Source of the DNA: Ophelia neglecta
Lineage: Eukaryota
Length of the DNA: 64,000 nt
Reading direction: 5' to 3'
Assembly: GCA_965285935.1 (NCBI GenBank)
Contig: OZ260662.1
Coordinates: 119,908,001-119,972,000, forward strand
The notes beneath the pieces are model-generated. The model saw only the letters and a program-made list of their open reading frames with translations. It was not told the origin of the DNA and did not search any database. Positions 36,101-47,990 of the stretch are shown piece by piece (positions within the stretch are counted from its first letter, which is position 1; each line of letters opens with the position of its first letter). Made by a program: the position numbers and the translations under genes.

Positions 36101-39100
36101 CACCGCGGCAGATCGCTGCAGCGGCCTTGACCTTGAGGTTTTGGATTTGGCGGGGGGAAGGTTTCCTCTGACGACAATCACATGATCAATTTTACATTAA
36201 GCATAGTGGTACCTGACGAATAAAGGCGGGCATTTATCGGACTTTATTTCAAAAATTCTGACACAGGATGAGTTTGATGGTTTGAGTTGGACAGACTTTA
36301 GGCCACCGGGATCGATGATATGGCCGAAAGCCGAGCACTTTAACCAAGGCCAAGTGAAAAGATTAAATAAGGCACTTGTTTTGTAGCCACATTCAGGGGT
36401 ATAGGGAAGTGAAAAGATTGGATAAGACACTTGTTTTGTAGCCACATTCAGGGGTATAGGGCTTAAACTAAGTTCGGTCACAGCCAGGATGGCAAACTCT
36501 TACGGTTTCACCGTGAGACTCACGGTATTGTCCATTTTTTTCCTGGTCGCACTTTTTCCTCCCGAGCACTCCCGGTGGAGGATAAATCTCACGGTAAAAA
36601 TTTTGCAGACCCAGATATCATGACCGGGAGAGGCAGATTGCAGTTGAACTACTTCCGGATCTACTTAAACTACAATCTTCCCATTTTTTAGTGCACCGAT
36701 GTAACCGCTTATTCTCCAAAATGCCCAGAGTGAATGACACTTTTGGGCAGGAGACTCTATTTCCTTTTTCCACCCGTCCAATGCACAGACTGTGCACGAA
36801 GTATTATCGATGGGTAGCCACAACCAACAGTATTAGCAGTACATGGAGGCGCCTCTCCCCCCCCCCCCCCCCCACTCACACACACCAAAAAATACCATAT
36901 ATAGGCCAATAGGCATGTTTTTCAAATTAAATTGCTCACTGTGATGCTCACTGTGAAATTTGAAAATCTCACGGTCAGCTCACAGTCGGCCTCACTGTGA
37001 TTGGTTTGGAAGCTCACTGTTTTGCTCATGGTCTGAAGCAAAAAAAAATCTCAATGAGAAGCGATTTTGAAAGTTGGCCACCCTGCACAGCACATTTCCG
37101 ACTCCCAATGTAGAGGCTCTTAGCCCTTGTTTTGGGAAGCGACATTTGATGAGCTAGAAGTGACCCAATCCGTCTATATATACAACTTACCAGACAGACA
37201 ATTAGTCACAATTATTTGTGAAAAAGGTCTGAACAAACTGGGTCAATTAAAGCCAGCATTACTACCTTAAGTCAATAGCCGCGAAATATGGGGGAAGAAT
37301 AGCAAAATATGTGACCTAACACCATTTTTTAAATCAAATCCGAGTGTCTAACTTTATGATCTTTTATAACATGGCACAACATGTATATTCCTTTTCCTTC
37401 TTGCTTAATTCCTCCGACATTTCTTTTTATCTAATTAATAATGGTTGATTGTATTAACATGTATGCTCCTCTGTATCATAATGAGGGAACAAAGGTAATG
37501 ATAATAATAATGTAATCCGTAAATTTAGAAAAATGGCCCTGTTACGATGTTACAAAGCATACGATGCACATGATATGAAAAACATTATTTCAGGTATAGT
37601 GGTTGCTCATTTTGACGAGAAGTTCTCGCGCACCAAGCAGGTCTCTCTAGCCATCATGCGGGACCTTGGATGTGGAAGAAACGTTATGGAAGAAAGAATA
37701 TTGTGTGAGATTCGGGATTTACTTGACACTTTTAGCAACCAAGAAGCCAAGCCTTTCGACCCACGTGAACTTCTTTATGTTTCCGTTTCCAATATAGCAT
37801 GTTCTCTGCTTTTCAACAAAAGATTTGCTCATCACGATGCCAGATTCATCGAAAAACTCTCTATGCTCCGTGAGATGCTCAAAACGTCAGGAGAACTGCT
37901 CATTGCCCAGACCATACCTCTTATGTCATACCTTCCCTGGGCAAAACAACGTCTACAATTATTGATAAAAAGCGATCGTATTATAAAGGATTTCATCACA
38001 GAGGAACTTAATTTCCAGTCTGTATCACGGGACCCGGAGGACCACGAGAGCAACTTTATGGCGGCATATAAATATAAAATGGCCGCGGCATTAGTTGCAG
38101 AATCGCTGCCGCATATTGCTTTTGATTTTTTCGCGGCAGGAAGCGATACAACATCAACGACGTTACGATGGGCTTTGCTGTACATGGCAAATAACCCTGA
38201 TGTACAGACACGTGTCCAGCTCGAGATTGATGACGCCATAGGCCAAGGTCGACCGCCGTCGATGTCAGACCGTGGGTCGTTGAATTATGTGGAGGCGGTC
38301 CTCTTGGAGACACTCCGCAAGTCTTCTATCACCCCGTTAGCTGTTCCTCACAGATTGTCATCTGACACCGAACTACAGGGATTCTTTCTGGAGAAAGGCA
38401 CTGTGGTAAGTATAGCGGAATCCTCTATTTTTAATTGTAATTTCATAGTGAGAACAAGAAAAGTGATTTTATATCAACTCGATCACTTTTAATGTATATA
38501 TTAACTGAGAAGACATGCAGTATTGTGTATTATTTACTGAGAAGACATGCAGTATTGCGTATTATTAACAGAGAAGACATGCAGTATTGTGTATTATTGA
38601 CTGAGAAGACATGCAGTATTGTGTATTATTAACTGAGAAGACATGCAGTATTGTGTATTATTAACTGAGAAGACATGCAGTATTGTGTATTATTAACTGA
38701 GAAGACATGCAGTATTGTGCATTATTAACTGAGAAGACATGCCGTATTGTGTATTATTAACTGAGAAGACATGCAGTATTGTGTATTATTGACTGAGAAG
38801 ACATGCAGTATTGTGTATTATTAACTGAGAAGACATGCATTATTGTGTATTATTAACTGAGAAGACATGCAGTATTGTGTATTATTAACTGAGAAGACAT
38901 GCAGTATTGTGTATTATTAACTGAGAAGACATGCAGTATTGTGTATTATTAACTGAGAAGGCATGCAGTATTGTGTATTATTAACTGAGAAGACATGCAG
39001 TATTGTGTATTATTAACTGGGAAGACATGCAGTATTGTGTACTATTAACTAAGAAGACATGCAGTATTGTGTATTCCTCATCTCATCATTTACTATCTTT

Positions 39101-39979
39101 CATTTGAAATGTAATGGTTTAAGCAATTTAAACTAACAATCGGTTTTTATTGACATCCAAAATATAAAAATTACCTTTTTAAATCAAAGGACAATATTAA
39201 TTGAAATTTTCTGTTGTAATCCTAGGTTTACCCAAATCTCTGGGCCGTTCACCATGACCCGGATGTGTGGCTAGACCCAGAAAAGTTTGACGCAGAACGT
39301 TTCCTTGACTGCCAAGGGCAGGTGATGGGGAGGGAAAAGATAATATCGTTTGGTGTAGGTATGTTGAGGCGTGCTTTGATTCATTTTCTCCGCTTGTGGC
39401 TAAGCTGCCTTCCAGAAGAAATGAACATGCGTACTTACACAGATGATAACAATTGGGAAAGTAAAAAATTGATTAGGCAGTAAACAACAATAAGCAGTAT
39501 TTTAAAAAGACTGGCTTTATATTCGTGGTAAGCTGTTTGGCTGTCCCTGCTCATTCGGCGCCAAGTATCTGATATCTCCAATTTTAGCGCTTCGACACTT
39601 ATGAAATTGTTCAGTGCTTCCACAGTCAACATCATTTGTTGCATGGGATCGGGTTCAATAGTTAATGCCCCTAACCGATTTTCTGACATGTTCCCTATAT
39701 GGCAAATGGTATTGCAGAATAGTGTATCTAATAGAATGGCTTTTTTATGTACACTTTCGTTAAGGACTTAATGACCTACATTTTCTTCACACCCCTTAAG
39801 GTCGTCGTTCTTGCCTAGGAGAAGCCCTCGCCAGACAGGAGCTGTTCCTATATTTCACCTCAATTCTGCAGAGGTTCCATGTCCGACATCCACCTGGCAA
39901 AGAGAAAATGTCCGAGGAGGCGATATTCGGTGTGGTCCTCACCCCGAAACCACACCAGCTTGTCCTAACACCGAGATAA
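33132..39979 (+). CDS. Cytochrome P450, CYP2 clan, copy B (494 aa, 5 coding exons)
   Basis: Exons 33132-33376, 33652-33767, 37594-38405, 39226-39358 and 39801-39979. Lengths match copy A (245/116/812/133/179), all GT-AG. Motifs PPGLP, AAGSDTT, ETLR, FDAERF, FGVGRRSCLG. Confidence 0.95.
34289..34517. mobile_element. Harbinger-like MITE in intron 2 of CYP B
   Basis: Ends GGCCCGGTTTT ... AGAATCCGGGCCC; same family as 3555-3782. Confidence 0.65.
34538..35780 (+). mobile_element. Degenerate 5'-truncated non-LTR retrotransposon (RTE/RTEX-like RT and C-terminal region)
   Basis: Manual translation [17 protein letters not shown]...[11 protein letters not shown] (34579-34717), then [22 protein letters not shown] and [12 protein letters not shown]. 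Multiple frameshifts; absent from copy A. Confidence 0.75.
36485..37085. mobile_element. hAT-like non-autonomous element
   Basis: 14-bp TIRs CAGGATGGCAAACT / AGTTGGCCACCCTG, repeated subterminal CTCAC(G/T)GT motifs at both ends, and flanking CACAGC duplicated (36479-36484, 37086-37091). Confidence 0.8.
38500..39075. repeat. 32-bp AT-rich minisatellite, about 18 copies (TTAACTGAGAAGACATGCAGTATTGTGTATTA), in intron 3 of CYP B
   Basis: Near-identical tandem units are visible. Copy A has a single diverged unit at ~24372-24402. Confidence 0.97.
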
Positions 39980-42420
39980 ACTACAAAACAATACAAATAT
40001 GGACCTATATGACTTCAAATTTATTACAACAACAAAAGGATCATTACCCACCATTTGGAATATATCATGGTTTGCATTATCAAGTGCGTAGTTCCCCGAT
40101 AGTTCTTTGAAACCCGAAAAGAAACCATTTCCCGAGAAGGTTTTGCAGTTTTGGTGGGTTGTTGGGTTTCAGGCTTAAAAAAAGAGGGCAGTTTTGAAAA
40201 CCAAAAACTAGTTTGACAAAAAATTATTAGCAACCAACACATTATAAAAAGGTAAAGTACACCTACACGTACTTTATAAACAGATTTTATACCGGTCGGA
40301 ATCTCAGAAACACACTTCCATGTCAAGTAATTGATTCATACCACAGGTGGATGAACCGTCTATCCCGTCTATACCGTCTTAGCATTACTTTCTGTAATGC
40401 TGTGATGATACTACAATGAACGAAACTAATATGAAGATACCACAAGTAGCTTAACTAAACGTCTTGTTGTAAAGAATAGTTGTTCAATAAATGACATTAT
40501 TAGTACCTAAATTTGGCCTTTATTCTCTCTTAGCTATTTGAAGGGTATGTATGCTACACAAAATTCTCCATAGAAACTGGATAGCGAACCTGTCAAATAT
40601 ATCAGGTAGGTGATTGAATCAGGCTTAACATTGTAGTGTGATTGAGCAAGGACAATTTGGTGTAAAGTTATTGCGTCCCCTGATTACAAAGTCCCTGTCT
40701 TCCAAACAAGAACTACATAATTGTTTCAATTTTGTGAGACCAAGGACATATTAAACTATATGAGACCGGGTCAACAATATACTTAAATTGGTGGACTGAT
40801 GTATATAGATCTACTGCGGTTGGCGCCTAGGGTGTAGACCGCAGTCCTGCCAGTGTGAGTTACAGCCTTATGGACAAGTGGGCTGAAACATGCATGATGC
40901 ATTGAGTATAATGGCGACGTAGCAACCTGTTACGGTACGTTCTTGTTATGTTAGCTGCAATATGGTAATAGTACAAGTGGTAAGAATATATGCCTCTGAG
41001 TAGATTTTGACATTGTTGAATGGACACATGTATAAAAGACAATCATCGAGGGGATTGGAACATGTGCACACGATACTACTACCAAGCTAGGAATGGTACT
41101 AGGTTAATAACCCTTAGTATACGCAAGGTATTTAAATACACGATTATGATAATTATTGTAGATGCCTGATGGTTGCTTTTCATTTCAATGAAAACTCCAG
41201 CAGGAAGCAGACCAGAAGTAAACATGGTGAGAAGCAATACAATGTGTTCTTTCCAAAGTATAGGAACTCCGGATTTTTGAAGGAAACAAAGGGTCCTTGT
41301 ACTAACGATTAGATATTTGAAAGCCTCCCTCTGGTTCATGTTAGGCATTTCAAATATATTGAATACTTCTTGGTCTTGGGAATTAAATTAAGTTATTGTC
41401 TCGAGAAGCCCAATTTCCCTCAATTTTTGTCAATTTTTGTTCACTAGTGATAGTGTGGTGGCCCGTCTGGGTAACGAAATTGGCCTGGACTTTGTGTCCA
41501 TAAGTATTGTTAGTAAGTTTCATGAAGATGGAACGATGACCTTCCTTTTTGGCCTTGCGACAAAGTTGAAGTCACCAAGTGAGTCCTGGATACGTACATT
41601 ATTGAAATATTCGAAATTAAAACAACTTTTATAAACCTGGATATCTTTTTGTATATACATGTTCAAAACAAAGTTTAGACAAATTACCAAGCAGCTGTAA
41701 TAACTACCAATTGTCCTATGTTGTGCATTGTTAATTGATGGTTTAACCCGATTTTACCCCCTGTGTCATAAATATATGTGGAATTCATACCTTTGGTTGT
41801 TATGTTCATACCAAAGTGGCTTCAACGAAGGAGGTCAAGTGAAGCCAGCTGCTATTATGTGCCTTGCTTAATTAGTTATTATGTGTCGTTAAACCCCAAA
41901 ATCCAAGTCCAAATATGTGGTTAAATTTATTCAGGGAGTTCGAATTCACAACCTTACAATCCAGATCCCATACAGTTGAATGATTTAGTGAATAATGGTA
42001 TGTGAATGTAAGTAAAGGGCATCAGGAAAGCCTACGTAAGTGCCAGAGGTTTAAGTGTTGCGAACCTTTTGCACTACACATGCTTATAGAACCTTTCAGA
42101 TATTTTCCCCCAATCTCCTCAATATCCTCCGCATAAAAAGTCGTGCATGCCAAATATCGCCGTAACCTGAAAAAAGTCAACAGTAATAATTAAACTTAAG
42201 CACAATTTTAAAAGTTTTAAACCACAAACTTTTAGCGTAGATTGTTATACCAATAATTCTATGCAGAACAATTTTTAAGGAGTTGCACGGAGAATTTTTA
42301 TCACAGGTCTATGTACATGGGGTTATTTTTCGCTGAACTTATTGAATCTGGAAATATCCAAACACAACAGAAGGAAGACAATATATATGTAGATCTGTTA
42401 GTAAGACAATGATCTAGTCT

Positions 42421-44175
42421 CTTAATTATTATTTATTTATTATTATTTAATTAGATTTCTCTTGCGCCTTTTCAGGCTAAACCTCTCAAAAGCGCAGTTA
42501 CAATAACACACATTTTATAGGGCAATTACATTAAAATGCAAAGTCTAAACATATACATACATATATGTGACTATACATTGTCTAATTATTTCTTTATTAA
42601 CAGTTGGTAATGTTAAGTTGGATTGTAGGATATACATTAAAACACATGGTTACACCAAACATTCATTATCAAATGCCAGACTGAAAAAATGTGTCTCAAG
42701 TCTGGGTTTAAACGTCTCAATACTTGGTGCTTGCCTGAGTGAGTCAGGGACAGTGTTCCACACTACAAGTGCTGCTTAAGAAAAGCGCCTGTGCCCATAC
42801 ATCTATGTCCTAACACGAGGGACAAACATATTGTCATGGCCACGAGATCTGAGGGCCCGACCGGGGCGTATAACAAATAGGAGGGGGCCAGACCATGTAG
42901 GCACTTGTATGTTAATAGGCACAACTTGAATAATATACGCCACTTAACAGGCAGCCAGTGCAGTTCTCTGAGTAAGGGGTAAACATGATGTCCATAAGGG
43001 GCATTAAATATCATCCTAGCTGCAGCATTCTGGACCCTCTGTAATTTGACCAACTGATTCTCTGGAAGGCCTGCATACAAGGAATTTACATTGTCCAGTC
43101 TGGATGTGACAAATGCATGTGTGATGCTTTCCAACGCATCGCAGGGTAGGAATTTTATAATCTTGGAAATATTTTGTAAATGATAAATGGCGCCTCTGCA
43201 TACCGAGTTTATATGGGCATTTGCAGAAGCATCCCTGCAGAACATGGCCCCAATGTTCATAGCAGACTCTGATTTAGGGATAGATGTTTCTCCCACTCGC
43301 ACTGTTTTGGGAGTGTTGCCTCTTGCTCAACGTGGTATAATTACCAACAGTTCAGTTTTACTGTCATTCAGTTTGAATAAGTTTGCTGCCATCCATATGC
43401 GAACAGAATCAATGCAGGTTTCAACTGTGGTGCAGACTGGTGAGAATTGATCAACACTTAATGAGGCATATAGCCTTGAGCATATCAGCATACACGTGAT
43501 AATTGATCACGCTCTTTCTTATAATGTCTCCAAGAGACATAGTGTAAATTGCGAATACCTGGGGGCCTAGTACACTTCCTTGTGGAACGCCGTTTAGTAA
43601 AGTTTGCGTTTCAGAACAGCTAAAACCAATCTTAACAGTCTGTGCCCTGTCACTGAGGTAGAATTGAAACCAATCGAGAGCTCGCGCTGTTACCCCAAAT
43701 CTATCTCTCAGACGTTTTCTTAATACAGCGTGGCTTGCAGTGTCGGAAGCGGCACTCAAATCAAGCAAAACAAGTAAGACACTACTTTGCTGTTCAAGAG
43801 TTGCAAGGATAGCATCCTGTACTCTAATCAAAGCCGTTTCAACACTGTGGTGCCTCTTATAGGCACTTTGAAATACTTCATTTAGGTTGTTTTCCTCGAT
43901 ATGATAAGAAAGTCTGTTAGACACAAATCTTTCGGCCAACTTACAGAGATAGGACAAATTGGCACTGGCCTTAAATTTGACATTTTTTCTTTGTCCAGAC
44001 CTGATTTTTTTAGTAGAAGTCGGACAATTGCCAGTTTGAATTTATGTGGCACAACACCAGATTTAAAGGATTGGTTTATAATTTGGTCATAGTGGGGAGC
44101 AACTCATCGAGTGACTCGACCAGTAAATACGTAGGTAGCGGGTCAAGCTCACAGCTCTTAGATGGGGCTGTTATG
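42421..44175 (-). mobile_element. L2-clade LINE, 5'-truncated and degenerate
   Basis: PSKSCELDPLPT, FQSAYKRHHSVETAL, LLDLSAA, GVPQGSVLGP, YAD, SRLD...LQRVQNAAAR...LHWLPV. 3' stem-loop GCGCTTTTGAG...AAAAGGCGC and an AAT-rich tail at ~42425-42495. Confidence 0.92.
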
Positions 44176-44729
44176 GAAGATATTTATTCAACTTGACACA
44201 ATGTATTTGTTCATTGTTTTATTTCCAGGGCTGTGTCCAACAATTTGTGAAAACTGAATGTCAAAGAAACTAATATTTTAATCACTATGACATGCAAAAA
44301 GAACTAGCTTTCCTATTATCGCTCACTATACATAAATTTCATGTTTAAACGACATAAATTCAAGTTCCACAAAAGCAGGCTATAAACATTAACATAATAA
44401 GATAGTTATAAATCTCAGTAATTACCACATTGCCCTTGGTATGTATAATGTCTCTTTAACTGTCAATTTTTACTGGAAGTTTGGATCCCTAAATGGACAA
44501 TGCATGACAAGCAAACTCAATGGACATATAAAAGATAAACTGCAATGTTTATTACATGTATATGAAATTCAATTTCACACTACGCAGCTACCCTACCTCA
44601 GCACGCTCCTACACAACAACATGACATTTATGACTGATGGTATGGCCTCCCATTTAAACTAAGACAACGTAGACTCTTAACTATTTCGTTTTATTTCTCC
44701 CACCAAATTTGTAAAGCAAATTTCTTTAA

Positions 44730-47700
44730 CTACATGTTCCTTCTAATAGAGACATATTTTGAATCGGACGCCGGTATTCCCAATGGAGTGTAGCCACCTT
44801 AGCAGACCTTACCAGATTGTCTTTACCTGGATACACATCGACCACCCTAGCAATTGAAACTAAGTGACAAAACGCCCAGTACTAATAATATAAGAACTAG
44901 TTAAGTTGCAAAACTCTTGGGCTCTATTAGCAACGGGTCCGTAAAGGATAGTTTGGACCCAATTATCGCTGTGGATATTGTGTCTATTAAAATATTCCAA
45001 GTCTGGAATTAGAGTATTTTTCGCAGAGTAGGAAGAAATGAAAGACACTCTCAGAGCTGGTACCACACGGACAGGTAGGAGAGAGAATACAATGGTTAAG
45101 ATAAAAATGTTGATTGAGACAGCTACAGCCAAGACAACATTGGGATAGAAAGATTTAAGTAAGTCTGCAGCCCATGAATACCAGGCAGGAGGTTTATGCA
45201 GGGGCCAGGAGATACGATTTCTGACACCTCGGAAACCTCAATTGACTCAACAAGGCCATATCTTTATACCACCTCTCCCACCTAGAACGTATGTCCGTGT
45301 CTATAGCATCATCCCAGCCACATGGAGAACGACATACTTCCTGAAAGAGAAGCTTTGCCACTAGCATTAAAGGAGATAACAAGCCTAAATTATCATATAA
45401 ATCACTGTTTGCAGACAAAAGTTGTCTTTTCGTTTGTGGTGTCGATATATGCTTGATTTTAAACACAAAGGTGTCCTCGTCTGGATTCCATTGTATGCCC
45501 AAAGCACATTCAGTTGGCAATGAATCTCTGTCCAAGTCTATTTGAGTAAAGTCCTTAGCTCTACATGCCGCTGGCAGAGCCTTTAGTAACTCTCTACTGT
45601 ACTGTTTGAAGAGAACTTTGTAAGATTAAAACCTCCTAACTTGATTAAGACACGAAACTGAAGAGCAAGTCTGATTCCCACTGGGGCGTCAAACACAGCT
45701 TTTAGACAATCATCAACGTACAGTGACTTGTTCATGGTACTAACTGTAACCTCGTCGCCATGTTCCTCAGCTGTGTATTTTACAGTGAAATTTGCACAAC
45801 TTGGCGACCACGCACCTCCAAACAAATTAGTTCTATATCGATATTCAACACCATTTCCTTCATCGCCAATTTTCTCATCGTCCTCCCAGCAAAGAAATGA
45901 GAGGACATTCCTATCATCCACGGAAACCATCACTTGATTGAACATTCCTTCAATGTCAGCCTGGAATGCAATCCTGTCTTGGCTGAACCTTAGTTAGACA
46001 CCAATGAGTTTGTTCAACAGGTCAGGTCCAGTAAAGACGTTGTCATTTGGACTCTTGCCCTTGTATTTTGCACTGCAATCACTTACGATTCTAACCTTGC
46101 CCGGTTTTCCCGGGTGTGTAACTGCATGGTCAGGTAAGTACCACTTTGTCTTTCTAAGAACGCCAACCATCGGCTCCCCTACTCTCTCTACTAACCCTTT
46201 GTCAATATTTTCATTCGTCCCTTTGACATACTGTTCATACAACACTGTATCTCGCAAGAGTTTACGACCCAAAGACCTTAACCTCTTCAATGCTACTTCT
46301 CTACTGTTCTTCAGATTAACTGGACGAGCCTTAAAAGGTATGTTTAGATGGTTATGACCTTTAAAGAATTGAATGGAGGATCTCTACTCATTAATCACCT
46401 TCTTATCATCAACAGACAACTTTGAAGTATTTTCAACACTCTGTATGTCATCTAATGTCCAAATCCTTTCCACAGACGCACGTAATGCATCATCTGCTTC
46501 AGAAGTGAAACATGATTGGAGACCTCCAACATGACTCGACATTGCACCACAAACAGACCAACATAACACATTGCGATGCCGTAAGGTTCCATGCGATCCC
46601 TCCCCTTGCGAATTTCTATCGGGACCAGTATTTCAGAGTTGTTTTGACCGATGAGGAGATCAATATTGTTCAAATCTACTGATGGGATACATAAATCACG
46701 AAGATGAGGCCTTCTGCTGATCTGTTTTCCTGTAGCTTTACAAGAAAGAGACATGTTTAATGAAGGCCGCGATAGTACTCGACACAAGGCATAAGTCTCC
46801 CCATCTGAAAAACTCTGAACACTAAAGTTAGGTAACTTTCACTCAACCTGCACAACTTGTCTATCTATAGTCGTGAATTCAGTAACATAAGTCTCTGATG
46901 GAATGCCGAGTTGTTCCAGTAAGCTTTCAGTACATAAAGTACTAGTAGAGCGTTGATCCAGAAGTGCATAAACTAATTTTGACATGTGTGGGCCCTTAAC
47001 TATGACTGGAAAAACATGCAAAGCAATGGACGAGTAACCAACAGTAGCTGCAGTGTACTCCTCATTCACAATACTACTTTCCGTTATAGCATTACAATTT
47101 TCTTGTGAAGTCACTGCATGTACTGTAGTACCTGGCGTTACAACAGAAGTGGTGTGCACCTACCCCTCAACTGAATTGATATGAATGCTAGAGTGATGAC
47201 GTTTTCCACAGTGGTAACATGAAAATGGACTCTTGCAACGTAACATATAATGATTTGATCTTCAGCAATTGGGACACAGTCGTTTTGATTCTACAAATTC
47301 AATCTTTTGTGGTACAGACATTTGTTTATATTGTGAACATTGCATAACAGAATGATCACCATGACATATAATACATTAAAGTTTGACATCATTTCTACTT
47401 TCTACACTATTCTTTGGGGTGTTAGACTGAACGCTAGACGACACTCTTGTGTTTCTTTCACTTTGTCTTGGGGACCTTTCATTTCCTACAGGAGTACCAC
47501 CACCTGATGAGTCCTGTACCCAAAACGTTTGTTCACGATGAGGCTTATTTTTCTGATTGGGTTTGTTGGGGGTTTTGTCGCAGTCTTGTAACTCACTGCC
47601 AAAAAACGGATCCGATTTTTCTTTGATTACTCTTTGGATAAACTTAATCAAGTCCTCAAGATTGACCTTTCTCTCTGTCTCGCGGATATTTCAGGGACGC

Positions 47701-47990
47701 GGAGATGGCTTGTTTCTATGCAACAAATAGTCTATAACTCTGAATAAGACTTTTTGGCCTGAGGAATTTGATTGAATTGTGCCAACATAGTGTGTCTGCT
47801 TGGCCTCATCTTTCATACTACAGGCTATGTTTGATTGAGCCGTGTACATATCACGTTGAACTACCAATTTGCTACAGGAGACCCATACCTCCATATCCCG
47901 AGGCTCGTGGAATGTGGTGAAACTCGAAGCCATCAAAGGTCAAGTCTCTAATTGCAACTCCGTCGGCTTCTCCAGGCCTAAGCCAAGTCA
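44730..47990 (-). mobile_element. BEL/Pao LTR retrotransposon, degenerate internal region
   Basis: Cys/His gag knuckles ~47180-47375, protease YALLDQRSTST, RT (YLPDHAV...KVRIVSDCSAK, GPDLLN, LYVDD), Pao-type ALGIQWN...TKRQLLS...YDNLGLLSP...WDD, and integrase C-terminal ARVVDVYPGKDNLVRSAKV at ~44765-44858. LTRs not identified. Confidence 0.9.

Larger units (their letters stand above)
28530..41100 (+). repeat. Tandem segmental duplication unit B
   Basis: 28530-29198 aligns with 41750-42418, 29200-31655 aligns with 54970-57436, and the gene and 3' flank align with unit A. Confidence 0.85.

Noticed and set aside
36044-36168. GAGGAAACC...GGTTTCCTC 9-bp inverted repeat
   Set aside because: No target-site duplication and a single copy; insufficient to call a MITE.
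36373-36462. Two copies of CACTTGTTTTGTAGCCACATTCAGGGGTATAGGG
   Set aside because: Simple local duplication with no further structure.
37533-37593. N- and C-terminal extensions of the large CYP ORFs (also 23441-23459 and sequence past 24271 and 38405)
   Set aside because: Intronic read-through; canonical splice sites give a continuous P450.
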